Below are positions 26,349 through 36,912 of a stretch of 64,000 nucleotides of DNA, in pieces. Under the pieces are notes generated by a model that was not told the origin of the DNA, made no database searches, and saw only the letters and a list, made by a program, of their open reading frames with translations. Numbering within the stretch: the stretch's first letter is position 1; each line of letters begins with the position of its first letter. The position numbers and the translations under genes were made by a program. Source of the stretch: Neoechinorhynchus agilis. Taxonomy: Eukaryota; Animalia; Acanthocephala. The DNA lies in assembly GCA_051530055.1 (NCBI GenBank), contig CM121342.1, positions 13,159,480 through 13,223,479 on the forward strand, read 5' to 3'.

Positions 26349-28270
26349 ATGCATAACCTTTCCGGAATTAAACGTAGCGAAAAACATTTCAATTTATATC
26401 GTTTTAATTCAGTCCTTTTAGCATCAATTAGTTTACTATCGAATATCGCGAACCTTCGGACTGGGCCGTATAGGCTCATAATGATAAAGATAGAAAATGG
26501 TGAGTCCACGTTCGCCAAATTTCGCTTTTCTAAAACGACATATATTCGATACATACTTTTAAAAGATATTAAAACCATAATTTTCTTGTTTCCGAAGTTT
26601 AAACCCGAAGGACTCAAGCTCTCCCATCGTGCAAAACTGGGTTGGGATCAGGTGTCCAGTGCCACTTCCGACATTTTACAAACTGTAAACCAAACCAAAA
26701 TGCTTTTTGATGACTGCAAAGATCGAAAATTCCATCTCATTTCGGCGTATAGAAGCTTTTAACGAGATTTTTCGAGAATGTCTTATTAATCCATCACAAC
26801 AGAAAACAATGATCACTTGCAAAATGCGGAGGAAAATGTAATATTGTTCTTTATCCGCTGTCCGTATATTTAGTTACTCATTGAAGCAGTCGAAAAACGC
26901 AAAGCAGATTATTTGTTATTGAGAAATTGAACTACAGTGTTGGAAACGGTCAAAAATTCAGAAACGTGGCTTTCGTCGTTTTGAGCAAGAAGCATTTATT
27001 TTTAACGAGCGTTGCATAAAATGAGCTTAAGTAACCTGCAACCATTAGAAAAGTTATCCGATTAGTTATATATTTTTCTTCAAAAAGGTGCAATCGACTG
27101 ATTGAATTTCATTTTGGCGCAACCGAGATAATAAAAGCACACTAACGCTCTTGTTTTTCGTTGGTATAGAATCGTACGAACTGGACAAGGTGATCAAAGG
27201 CCATTACTCATGGCAAGAAGGTTAATTTCGATTCTATTTTATTCATACCTTTGCCCAATCGAGTACAGACTATAAGTGGATGATGCCAAGATATTTGTCT
27301 GAGGATATTGCTAGGTACATATTCTTCAGAATGGACGATGATAAATCACTTTTGTTTATAACATGGATTCCCGACAAAGTAAAAGTGAGTCTAGCGTCAG
27401 TGTCTTTTTTAACAAGCCCAATGCCTTTTTCTAATGAGGTTCGAGAACGTATGATATATGCATCAAGTAAAACCGATATTCGAAATATTTTCGGATCGTC
27501 ATCAATAGTCGATCAATTTTTACTAAACTCAAAAGTATTCATTTCTCATTTTACTAAAGGTTGTGATTTTTCCAAATAAGGATCAAATTCCTTCAATCGA
27601 TCAATTGATGAAAAAATACGATTTGAAACATGAGTTAAAAACACCCGTTGTTAGCCTAGACTCTAGGTCATCCAGACTGTCAGCAGCTGAATTACTTGGC
27701 TCGGCATACATGAATAGATCTCCCGGCGGTTCCATGCAATTCCATCTAGATGACCGACTCATAAATGCGCTTCGAATGTTCAAATCATCTAGCACAAATG
27801 CAATCACAATGTCGATTGACGCAAATACAGAGTGCGTGATTCTAAAGTGGACAAGTGCTTCAGGTCACCAAGGACTAGCTGAAATATGCAAACAAATCCA
27901 TGTATCCGAACACGAAGGTCAATATCATTTGGTCCGTTTATTGGAATACAAAAAGATTGTTTTTATTTACTCAGTGCCAGCGGTTGCTAGTGCACATGTC
28001 AAAGATCGAATGCTTTGCTCAAGTGCTTTGAATTCTACGCTTGAGCAAATAAAGAAGCTCGGGATCGATGTAAACCAAAAGGTATAAAAACTAAAGGCGT
28101 TTTCAGGTACACTCCAAGTTAACATCGATTAATAGATCGAAGTATCATCAAAGGACGAGCTTGTTAACACATTGATGGATCTTTGGAAAGAGCGACCAGA
28201 ATCTCTGAGTCCACTCACAAAGTTCAATAGACCAATGGCCAGGGGAAGGACAAGGAATTCAGATGTTTAG
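26349..28270 (+). CDS. TWF: Twinfilin (two ADF-H domains), multi-exon
   Basis: MHNLSGIK|..RTGPYRLIMIKIEN|ESYELDK..YSWQE|DYK..RYIFFRMD..LFITWIPD|VRERMIYASSK..|..IVFIYSVP..VKDRMLCSSAL..|IEVSSKDEL..KFNRPMARGR*; phase-consistent small introns. Confidence 0.88.
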
Positions 28271-28486
28271 TGTGATCACAATCGAGACTAAATTTGCACT
28301 TAAAACGAGTTCACCCTAGTCTACTGGTGTCATATAAAAAGTAAAACTAAGATTGAAGAACAAATCATTCACACGCTTTAGATAAACACCCACCAATTGG
28401 AAAGTTTATTTATAGCAATACGTTCATTTGTTGCGATTAAAAAAATCTAGATATTTCTTTAATTGCTTATTAGAAGATAGAATTTT

Positions 28487-28527
28487 TTTATTAAAGGCGT
28501 TTCGAACCTCGTCGGGTTCATCATGAG
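28487..28527 (-). ncRNA. Hammerhead motif family 1, core-mutated copy next to Penelope RT
   Basis: Minus strand: CTCATGA T GAACC cgacga GGTTC GAAAC gccttt AATAAA (CTGA changed to CTCA). Confidence 0.5.
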
Positions 28528-28549
28528 CCGTAGCTCTGGAGAAACAAGA

Positions 28550-29160
28550 TTACAATCAGACAATGGGTGCAAAACTATCGGGCACGGATACCTTCACTGA
28601 AGAAGACAAATCGTCTGCAAAAAAAACCGAGTAACAAGCTAATAAAACTGTTGAAGCAATGCAAAGAGAGTGGATGACTAAGCCAGGAAATATATAAAAA
28701 GATATATCCAAGTGATCCAAGAATTTCGAAAATGTATCATCTGCCAAAGAACAAAGAATGGTGCCCTCTGAGACCAATCGTGTCAATGAATTGCAGTTTC
28801 AATTACAATTTGGGAAAGTTCTTGGTTAAGTGCTTTCAGTCCGATCGCTCGATTGGGTCGGATATAGTGCTATTTTTTAAAGGCCAGTCCTATCGCCCAA
28901 TCCGGGCAGTGCCTTCTTTTCAACATGTTCTTGATATTCTCGATCTCGTGGTTTCTCTCATGATCTCGATTGGGTCGGATATAGTGCTATTTTTTAAAGG
29001 CCAGTCCTATCGCCCAATCCGGGCAGTGCCTTCTTTTCAACATGTTCTTGATATTCTCGATCTCGTGGTTTCTCTCATGATCAATATTGTTGACTTTGAA
29101 AGCTTTCCGGAATAAAAATTGTGCTGCACTTATTTTGAACGTATTGATTGAAAAAACAGA
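28550..29160. mobile_element. Rearranged Penelope-like element: RT N-terminus on +, C-terminal domain on -
   Basis: Plus strand: NKLIKLLKQCKESG*LSQEIYKKIYPSDPRISKMYHLPKNKEWCPLRPIVS..YNLGKFL. Minus strand (29160-28850): KISAAQFLFRKAFKVN..HEIENIKNMLKRRHCPDWAI. Confidence 0.8.
28849..29082. repeat. Perfect 117-bp tandem duplication
   Basis: tcgattgggtcgg..ctctcatgatc at 28849-28965 and 28966-29082. Confidence 0.95.
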
Positions 29161-29219
29161 ACAGGAAGGAAGGACTACATAGGCTTACAGAAAGTCAACT
29201 GAAAGAAACAATTTGGTTC

Positions 29220-29630
29220 CTCGCAAATCGACATTCAAAATGTATTGGAATCATCCCACAGTCTTAACATACAGTCTAAGCGTTCAAATGCTTTTGAAAT
29301 CGCTCGGCAGTCTTCAAAATCGACTTTGAATAAAATTTAAGGTACCGAGAAGAATATGATTAGAATTATTGTTTAGAAGTCTTCAACCAGTAAATATCTT
29401 TTTTATTAAAGACGTTTCAACTCGTTTAGGTTGGAAACGTTCTTCTTCTAATAATATACCCCGATACCTTCTCACAAATCAACATTCAAAATGTATTGCA
29501 ATCATGTCACAGCCTTAACATACAGTCTAAGCGTTCAAATGATTTTCGAATTGCTAGTCAGTCTTCAAAATCGACTTTGAATAAAATGTGAGATACCGAG
29601 GAGTATATGACTAGAAGTATTGTTTAGAAC
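29220..29630. repeat. Diverged 160-bp direct repeat, offset 251 bp
   Basis: 29220-29379 and 29471-29630 share acattcaaaatgtatt..ttaacatacagtctaagcgttcaaatg..cagtcttcaaaatcgactttgaataaaat. Confidence 0.85.
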
Positions 29631-30179
29631 GTTTTTTAGATAAAAGTTATTTACCGTGTGAATACCTGAAGAATAATTCGGACTTTGAGTAAAGTTTCTT
29701 CCAGAAATGTTTTCCATCAGTCTTTCAATTGAGCCAAATGAACTATTCATAGGTGATCTGCCTTATCGGATTTGTGTAAATTGGAAACAATCAATTTGTA
29801 ATTAGCTCTTGAGGTTGATTTATTGACCCGTTGCAAGCTATCACGAGGGCTCGGCCATCACTTACTACCTAATAATTTTTTTACAAATACGCGGTGTGAA
29901 CTTTTCTCTTAAAGTCTGCAGTGAGCTCCAGTCGTTCATTTGATTAGTACACTACGTTCATAATCTAATGATTTTTTATCTTATACTAAAATACAAGATG
30001 AAACTTAGCCGCAAAGCGAAAAGCCGTTTAAGGAATCAATTATTCCGATTTGCTTTCAAAATCCATTTTATCTTTATGAAAAATAATTTCGGATTTAAGA
30101 AACTGACAATAATCTATAAACAAAAATGAAATAGCTTTATAGCTTTAATCTGAAGATGATAAAATGGTATTTTTTATAG

Positions 30180-30900
30180 TAAAGATGAACCTGGTTTCAA
30201 AAAATTGTCCAGCAATGTTTATCTTGTTCTCTTGTCTATATCGTTCTTTAATGATTGATAACTTAATTCCTCGCGAAACTTTAGAATTACCTTTATCGTC
30301 AGAATTTTTTCGAGATATTAGCTTAATTCTTGTACGAAATCAGCAAAAGCTTTCGATAAATCGTTAGGTGTTGGTTGATTTTATACCCCAGATTCGATAT
30401 TGGCATCAAACGTCGGTTCTGCTTACAACTCAATAAGTTCCTGACATGAGAAAGATTTCCTCTTAGTCCCAAGTAGATCAAGCACTAGATCCAAAATGTT
30501 TTGTATAGCCATCAGTTTCTTTTATAAGTTGTCGGAAAGTTCGGCGTAGGTAATACGCCTTAAACGTTTCTTCTGCACCCCGATCCATTGGTTGTATCAG
30601 AACTGTTGTATTTTCGGACGAAATTCAACCATGAGATCTTTTGATAGTTCGGAAAAATTAGTGGGATGCAAATTTCTCTCTTTTTAAATATGTAATTTTT
30701 TAAACTCTTTAGATCATTCACACCACCGCTCTAGATCACTCAAAGTCTCTGTTTGTTTTTGGACAGGGAAAATGTCCAAAACAATTTGCTCGTGATTCTA
30801 GCAGACCAAATTGCTTGATTGTGTTGATGAATTTCATATCTAAGTCTGATTTCTACTTAAGATGATGATTTCGCGACTTGGAGTTCGCAAGAACTTACGA
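30180..30900 (-). mobile_element. Tigger/pogo DDE transposase remnant
   Basis: HPTNFSELSKDLMVEFRP/..LIQPMDRGAEETFKAYYLRRTFRQLI matches the Tigger motif FLPPNTTSLIQPMDQGVIxxFKAYYLRRTF; frameshifts and stops present. Confidence 0.75.
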
Positions 30901-30933
30901 ATCCATAAGTTGGTCTACTGCCATGTGAGATAT

Positions 30934-31880
30934 ATGGCCACTCATACTTCAACCGCACTAATCCTTGCCTTGGTTCCGTTTCTCGTCGGAAGGTAAATTT
31001 GTAAAAGAAGTTCTCAGTTGATTTATTAACTTTCCCTATACAGCTTCTATATGTCGACTCTATGTCATTACGATCAACCTAAAAGGATAATCGAGTTTTT
31101 TGAGGAGGATGTCGATGTAAACACTAATTTACCAGACGCATCGATGACCGCAATATTAGATGAAATTCCAGAAAAATATCCCAACAGGCCTATATGGGTC
31201 AGTATTAAAGATAAAAACTCACTTATTTGGCTTGTTCATAAACTGGGTTGCTTGCACTTTTCGCAGTATACGCGGTTTGTGCACGTCCATAGAATCATTT
31301 ATGCAACGTAGCTAAATTTTTAGAGCACATATTTCGCTGTGAGCTTTTTAAATACAGAAATTCTTCTTTTTAGTACACAGGAGTTCCAGCCCTATACACC
31401 CAACCAATCGTTCTTATCGGACATCCTGGTTTCAACGACGTATGTGATTGCATGGACTACGCTGTGGACGTTTTTCGAAATCAATTCATTCCATACATAA
31501 GAATTTTCGACGAAATGATCAGAGACTCATCAGATATGGACGTGTGTTTTAGACCAGCACCGGAGATTTCATTTTTTCGTCAACTGTGCCAAGTATATAG
31601 AACAATGAATACCACCGTTCAGTATCCTGTTGGTCTCATAATCGGTCAAACTCACAATCTTATTCAATTTGGAGCTGGGGCTTTTGAACGGTTTCTTGAA
31701 ATGTATGACTTTGGATTTACCAAAAGTGCTACTGGGTCTGTAAAGGATCTCAAATTGGCTCATGTATTCTTCTCGGATCCGAAACCAATCCACCATTTCC
31801 CACTTGTTGTCTTATACGGACTTGGACTTGTTTACGCTTATCAAGCAATAAGTAAGTTAAAAGATTTTAAAGGAGCCTAA
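30934..31880 (+). CDS. Unassigned 3-exon gene with N-terminal signal/anchor and hydrophobic C-terminus
   Basis: MATHTSTALILALVPFLVGS|FYMSTLCHYDQPKRIIEFF..|YTGVPALYTQPIVLIGHPGFNDVCDCMDY..LVVLYGLGLVYAYQAISKLKDFKGA*; first intron phase-consistent. Confidence 0.6.
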
Positions 31881-32243
31881 GGCAATGAATTTTTGAGGAA
31901 GATTAAAATCTACAATTTCTCATTTGCTTTTGTGTTTAGTTTATACGAAAAAGTTCTTGATCGCTGCTGAGTGAAGTGCGACTTTTAAGATTCGAAAGAT
32001 TTCAACTGAAAGTTAATACATGTCTTACAACTCATAGTTATTTATTTTCATCTTAAAATGCTTTCAAATTTTAAAAGATAAGACAAGGCTGGCTTGGTTT
32101 TATTTCGTGATTTTCCTGAACAATTGATGTAAGTGATCGAAAAACAATACCCATTCCTAAGATCTCGAATCCGATTGAAGCATCGAAAAAGCTTTCAGTC
32201 TTAACCTTGCACGACGACAAATTTATTACATAAAAGAAGGTGA

Positions 32244-32963
32244 TTACTGTTGAAACACCTTACCCTGCCCGTATTTAGCAAATCGTCCTTGCTCGGTCAT
32301 TTTGTACCATTTATTATCATTCGCGTTTCTCATTCGAGCATTTCTTCGCTTAGCTCTTAAACACCGTAAGATTTCATCACGACTCCTGCATTCTGCCAAT
32401 CGATTGAATACTTCCTCAATATTTTTCCGTTCGCCCAGCGTTTTTCCAAACATCACTCCTATCTCATTTTTTGACGTAGCGTCCACCATGGTACCAGCAT
32501 CGGTCAAAATCTTCGTTGGTTCCGGCACCGTTTGCACATCGGAGTCACTGACAGATTTTGACTTTATTGCCGTAAATAAAGCCCCAATTTTATCACACTC
32601 AATCAAAGATGACTGACTGTGAAGTCTTATCTGTTTAGGTGGTATCATGCATTTCGATTGCTTACTCGGGCTATCGTTGAGCAGTTTGATAGCCTTATCC
32701 AATACCAAATTAGTGTTGTGGTTGTTTAATGCACTATACTTTGCCTTATGATGGTTGCGATTTGCATGTCTAATAGATTGAACCTTTCCCATGGTTTCCA
32801 ACGTCAAGTCCAAATCGATTCGCTTTTTGCGGTGATCCACAAACATTTTATCTGGCACAGTACTCAATTTCACCATTATATCCTTACTTTCTGCCAGAAT
32901 GTCTTCAACGCTCATATTCTTCATCTGTTCTACAATCTTCATAGCGCTTTCGTTGTCCAGCAT
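32244..32963 (-). CDS. Unassigned 239-aa hydrophilic ORF, probably the last exon of a small gene
   Basis: Long open frame in AT-rich DNA followed by an AT-rich 3' region; no recognised domain. Confidence 0.55.
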   Translation of the reverse strand: MLDNESAMKIVEQMKNMSVEDILAESKDIMVKLSTVPDKMFVDHRKKRIDLDLTLETMGKVQSIRHANRNHHKAKYSALNNHNTNLVLDKAIKLLNDSPSKQSKCMIPPKQIRLHSQSSLIECDKIGALFTAIKSKSVSDSDVQTVPEPTKILTDAGTMVDATSKNEIGVMFGKTLGERKNIEEVFNRLAECRSRDEILRCLRAKRRNARMRNANDNKWYKMTEQGRFAKYGQGKVFQQ

Positions 32964-33341
32964 TCTCTTAGAACTCGAAAACCATTTTTTGCCTTCAAAT
33001 CAAATACTCAAGTTGTCATAGCAACCATGAAAGGTAGCCTGAATAAGGCAGTGTTGCATTATTTGGCCGTTTTCGCGTACTATTTTGCAATTTGGACGGA
33101 TGTGCAAACTCATAACCATAGGTATCAGTGTCTAAGCGATTCAATCACTTCTCTAATGTAAGAGATCGGTTTGACCGTATGCCTAAAAAGGGAAAATAAG
33201 CCGAGAAAGGGATATTATAAAAACACTGAATAGGAATGTCCTCTGAATTTCCCATATTGCGACATTTATTATTCTAAACGTAAAATTTCTCTTTTAAATT
33301 TGTTTAAATTTTTATGAATCACACAAGGAACTTGTTCAACT

Positions 33342-35050
33342 GTGCTCCCTTTAGAATCAATCGCTCCTAAGAAAAACTGCGTTTCAATTACACTTTCTTC
33401 GGCATTTCAACTCATTGTTTCGGTATACTATGCCTATAGGATTGAACAATACTTAAACAGCAGCTCCGGCTATGACCCAATGTCAAGTGCGTTGTTTGTA
33501 GCCGTGCTAATCGGACTTGAAAGCACAGTCGGTATTGTTGAGGCAACGATTAGTGCAACGAGACTTGTACCACCTCCCGCTCTACCGGACAGTATTGCCT
33601 ATGGGTACGCTCAAAGCACCGACAAGTTCCTTTATCAATTCACAGCGATTGTCTGTGTAGCTGGAATAGGCGCTTCTTGTCCAATATTAAAACTTCGGTC
33701 GTTTTCTACTTGCCTCCTCCTTGCGATGTGTATTCAAACAATTCTGCAACTGACCTCTTTTATAGCCGTCCTTAGCGTTGAACTATCCGGTTTGTACGAA
33801 AAACTCAATCTCTACAGAGCCACAACGGCGCTGTCCTTTGTTCTCGGGATTTGTATTGTCTCCATTCCCAGTCAATCGTCGATTGTAACTAAAGAAAACG
33901 AGTATTCGTGGGTTATTAACACGCTTAGAATCGATCATCGTTCAAATTTAAACCACCGATACTTTACCATATTCAAACAACCAACGCTATTAGTCGAGGC
34001 GAAGATGTGTGAGAGTCGAAACGATCGCGAGAATCAAGAAGTACCCAAACTTATGAGTACTGCGAAGAGATCGAACGAAAATGCGGTGAACTTGATCGTT
34101 CCTCTGGTTATAGTGGCGACGACTTTGACTTTTTTAACTACCACCTTATTCGTGTCCAATTTCGTGGTAGACTCTGAAGATCACCCAATAAACGATAAAT
34201 CACAGTTGCTAGTCCATGGTGCCATTCTCTTAACCAGCTCCTGTTATCTAAGCACTTTAAGTCTAATGTTTTTCCAATCGGAGGACACGTGCAGGTGCTA
34301 GGATTATCGTCAGTCGTTCGAAGGACTTTTTGGTATTAATCAAGCGATTTCGATGAAAATTAATACATGCATGCTGTGACCGTCGAGCCTCATGAGATTT
34401 ATGCCTTCTAAGTAGACAACATGTTTGCAGCATTTGGGAGCGAAATTGAGGAACTCTCCTGGATTATAGTGTATAATTGCGAGTAGATCTCATGCCTTCG
34501 AACGAGCTGTCACTACACGAGCACAACCTGTTTGGTTTCGATTTAAACACTCGTCGATTGTTCGTTGCCTCGGTCGACAGATTGGATATTTGTCTTCATT
34601 TCTTGTTCCGACGGATAGACGAAGCAGGCAAATGCTTGTCATTTTGTTGCAATGGCATAGAAGCAGTTTTCGGATTTCGTTGCGGTCACATGTTTACATA
34701 CCGGCTTCTTGAACACGATCCAAGAGATCCAAAAGGTCTAAGAAGGCGATGGACTCGAATATGCGAATCGATTCCGATAATCGGCCTCCAACAGCTAAAC
34801 CAGAAGCAAGGCTTCATCGGATACAACGTGCTTGGTGATGTCTTTGTCGTTTCAGGTTCAACTCTTACGTGGCTTGACAGACAGTCAAATCAGGGTCTGA
34901 TAGCTTGGAACCGCGATTGTTGCAACTCGTATGAAATAGCGATGGTTACCATTAGAGCCGAACTGAAAGTTGTTTGTCCTAGAGATCTGAAAACAAGATG
35001 TGTTAAGTTTAACGCTCATGATGTTAGTCAAATTTCATGTTCTAAAAAGG
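33342..35050 (+). CDS. Divergent SCAP-like protein (sterol-sensing domain plus beta-propeller-like region); structure unresolved
   Basis: LFVAVLIGLESTVGIVEATIS..DSIAYGYAQ..GIG..LRSFS..IQTILQLTSFIAVLSVEL aligns by eye with the SCAP SSD ([51 protein letters not shown]). The second ORF 34477-35050 is beta-rich. Confidence 0.55.
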
Positions 35051-35126
35051 TTAGTTGCCTTTTCATGTGTTCAATTTTTTATCATTATATATTTGTTTTT
35101 TGCGCTTTCTATTTAAGCGCACATTG

Positions 35127-36076
35127 TCAATCTTGGTTTTTTCTGTTTTTCACGTTCTGAATAATTCCTTTGAGGCTTTCATCCATGAATTTGGGCAATG
35201 CGAACGAAGCTCGATGTACATCCCAAGTGTAATACCTAAGCCCGTCAATTCCACTCAAATCCCTAACAGGTCTCGTCAAATCAGCCTTCGCGTTCAAGCT
35301 TCCAATAAAGAACCCGATACATCCAGCCGGATAAGTAGGAACACTCGTGTAACTATAGGCCACATTAGGGAAATGGGTTTTGCATATTGTCACGATTTGT
35401 TTGATTAGTTCCCCATGAATCCACATGCATTCTCCTTGGCTACAAAAGAGTCCATTCGGTCCACGTAAAGCTTCTCGAACTCGCCCGTAGTACTCACTAT
35501 TAAAAAGACTGTTAGCGGGACCTTCAGGATCTGAGCTATCGGTGATAATTACATCAAACTTCTCCATTTCGTGGCGTTTGCTGCACTCTTTAACATATTG
35601 AAGACCATCGCATATCCGAATATCCACTCGATCCTTGTCGTCGACATTATTCAACAAAGCCTTTGATACTTCCTTGAAATGAGATTTACATACGCTGATG
35701 ACCTCTTCGTCAATCTCACAGAGTACCACTTTTTTAACAGCTTTGTCCTTTTCTTGCCTCAATGACTTTATTCGTCCAAAAGTCATCAGTGCACTATGAC
35801 ATGCCGAAGAATTGCTCCGTCTCCTCCTCCAACGATGAGCACTCGTTCAGGATTAGGATGACAGGATAGTGGAAGAAGGGCCATCATTTCCTGGTATGCA
35901 CATTCATCGAATTCTGTGGTTTGAACACGACCGTCCAAAACAAGCACAGTTCCTACCGTTTCTGATTCGAAGACCAAAATATCTTGATATTGGGATCGGG
36001 CGTGGTGGAGGACGCGTTTGATACGAAGACCCAATCGCATTCCTGGGAGTGCAGAATCCTTTTCGGTGAACCACAT
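35127..36076 (-). CDS. SRM: Spermidine synthase, interrupted once at about 35788-35745
   Basis: [51 protein letters not shown]; [69 protein letters not shown]. Confidence 0.95.
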
Positions 36077-36346
36077 CGATACTCTAAAGACGAGAATGCC
36101 ATGAAATTAATAAAGACTTGCCATTTTCTCATATTTTTAATTCTTTTTATATCTTAAAAATAATTTACGGACGACCCAGTGATCTTCGGGTTTAGGCAAA
36201 CGAATTGAAAAGTAACTGCGCAGTGGGAACGTACGAAAGAACCAACCCTAAAAATAGCGTTAAATGTTCAAGTTCTTGTTGAGGTTCATAGGGTGATTGG
36301 TGTTCGGAAATTTTTAATTTACTCTCTTTGGATTTTAGAGGCTTTC

Positions 36347-36912
36347 ATGAGCACAATTTTGACTCTAGAACCTACGGAATTATTCGTACAAGTTACATAG
36401 GCTATTTTGACTTTTTATATGGTCCGGCGACTTAAACTTTTCGAAAACAAATTTTTGATGAATTAATCGATACCTTTTAGATCTTAGACCCAAAAGTACC
36501 GCGTCGACTTCTTTGTTTGTTCTTGGATGGTACAGTCCGTGCCTATGATCTGTATCATGGAAATGATACCGAACTGGTTCTTGAACCAAAGTATCAATGT
36601 AGATTTTTAGGACATTGTCGTCGACTTCTTGGATCCAAATCTGATTGGTTTATTCTAGGAGCAGGCGACCGATTATATAAATTAAATCAGAATCAATTGG
36701 ATCTTTTTGACAATGATGTGATCGATGCACACGGATCTTCAAATGGTACCATTTGTGTGCTCACTTTCGAAAACCTAAAGATCCTAAATGACGGATTGCT
36801 CAAGGTCGAACCAATTAAAAGCCTAAAAAAACCAGCTGAGATTACGATTGGAATCGATTGCAAAACTGTTGCAGTCATTGATTCCTCCCATGTTCATGCT
36901 ATGAATATCTGA
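36347..36912 (+). CDS. Unassigned beta-propeller-like coding region (separate small gene or 3' exon of the SCAP-like gene)
   Basis: An exon starting at 36481 after ttttag reads ILDPKVPRRLLCLFLDGTVRAYDL..; it can be joined in phase to MSTILTLEPTELFVQ (36347-36391) or to the donor at 35050. Confidence 0.5.

Noticed and set aside
35745-35790. Antizyme-like +1 frameshift, SECIS element or UGA readthrough in SRM
   Set aside because: The +1 frame hits TAA after about 16 codons, readthrough hits TAA four codons after the second TGA, and the hairpin is too short and lacks the tandem G-A register of a SECIS
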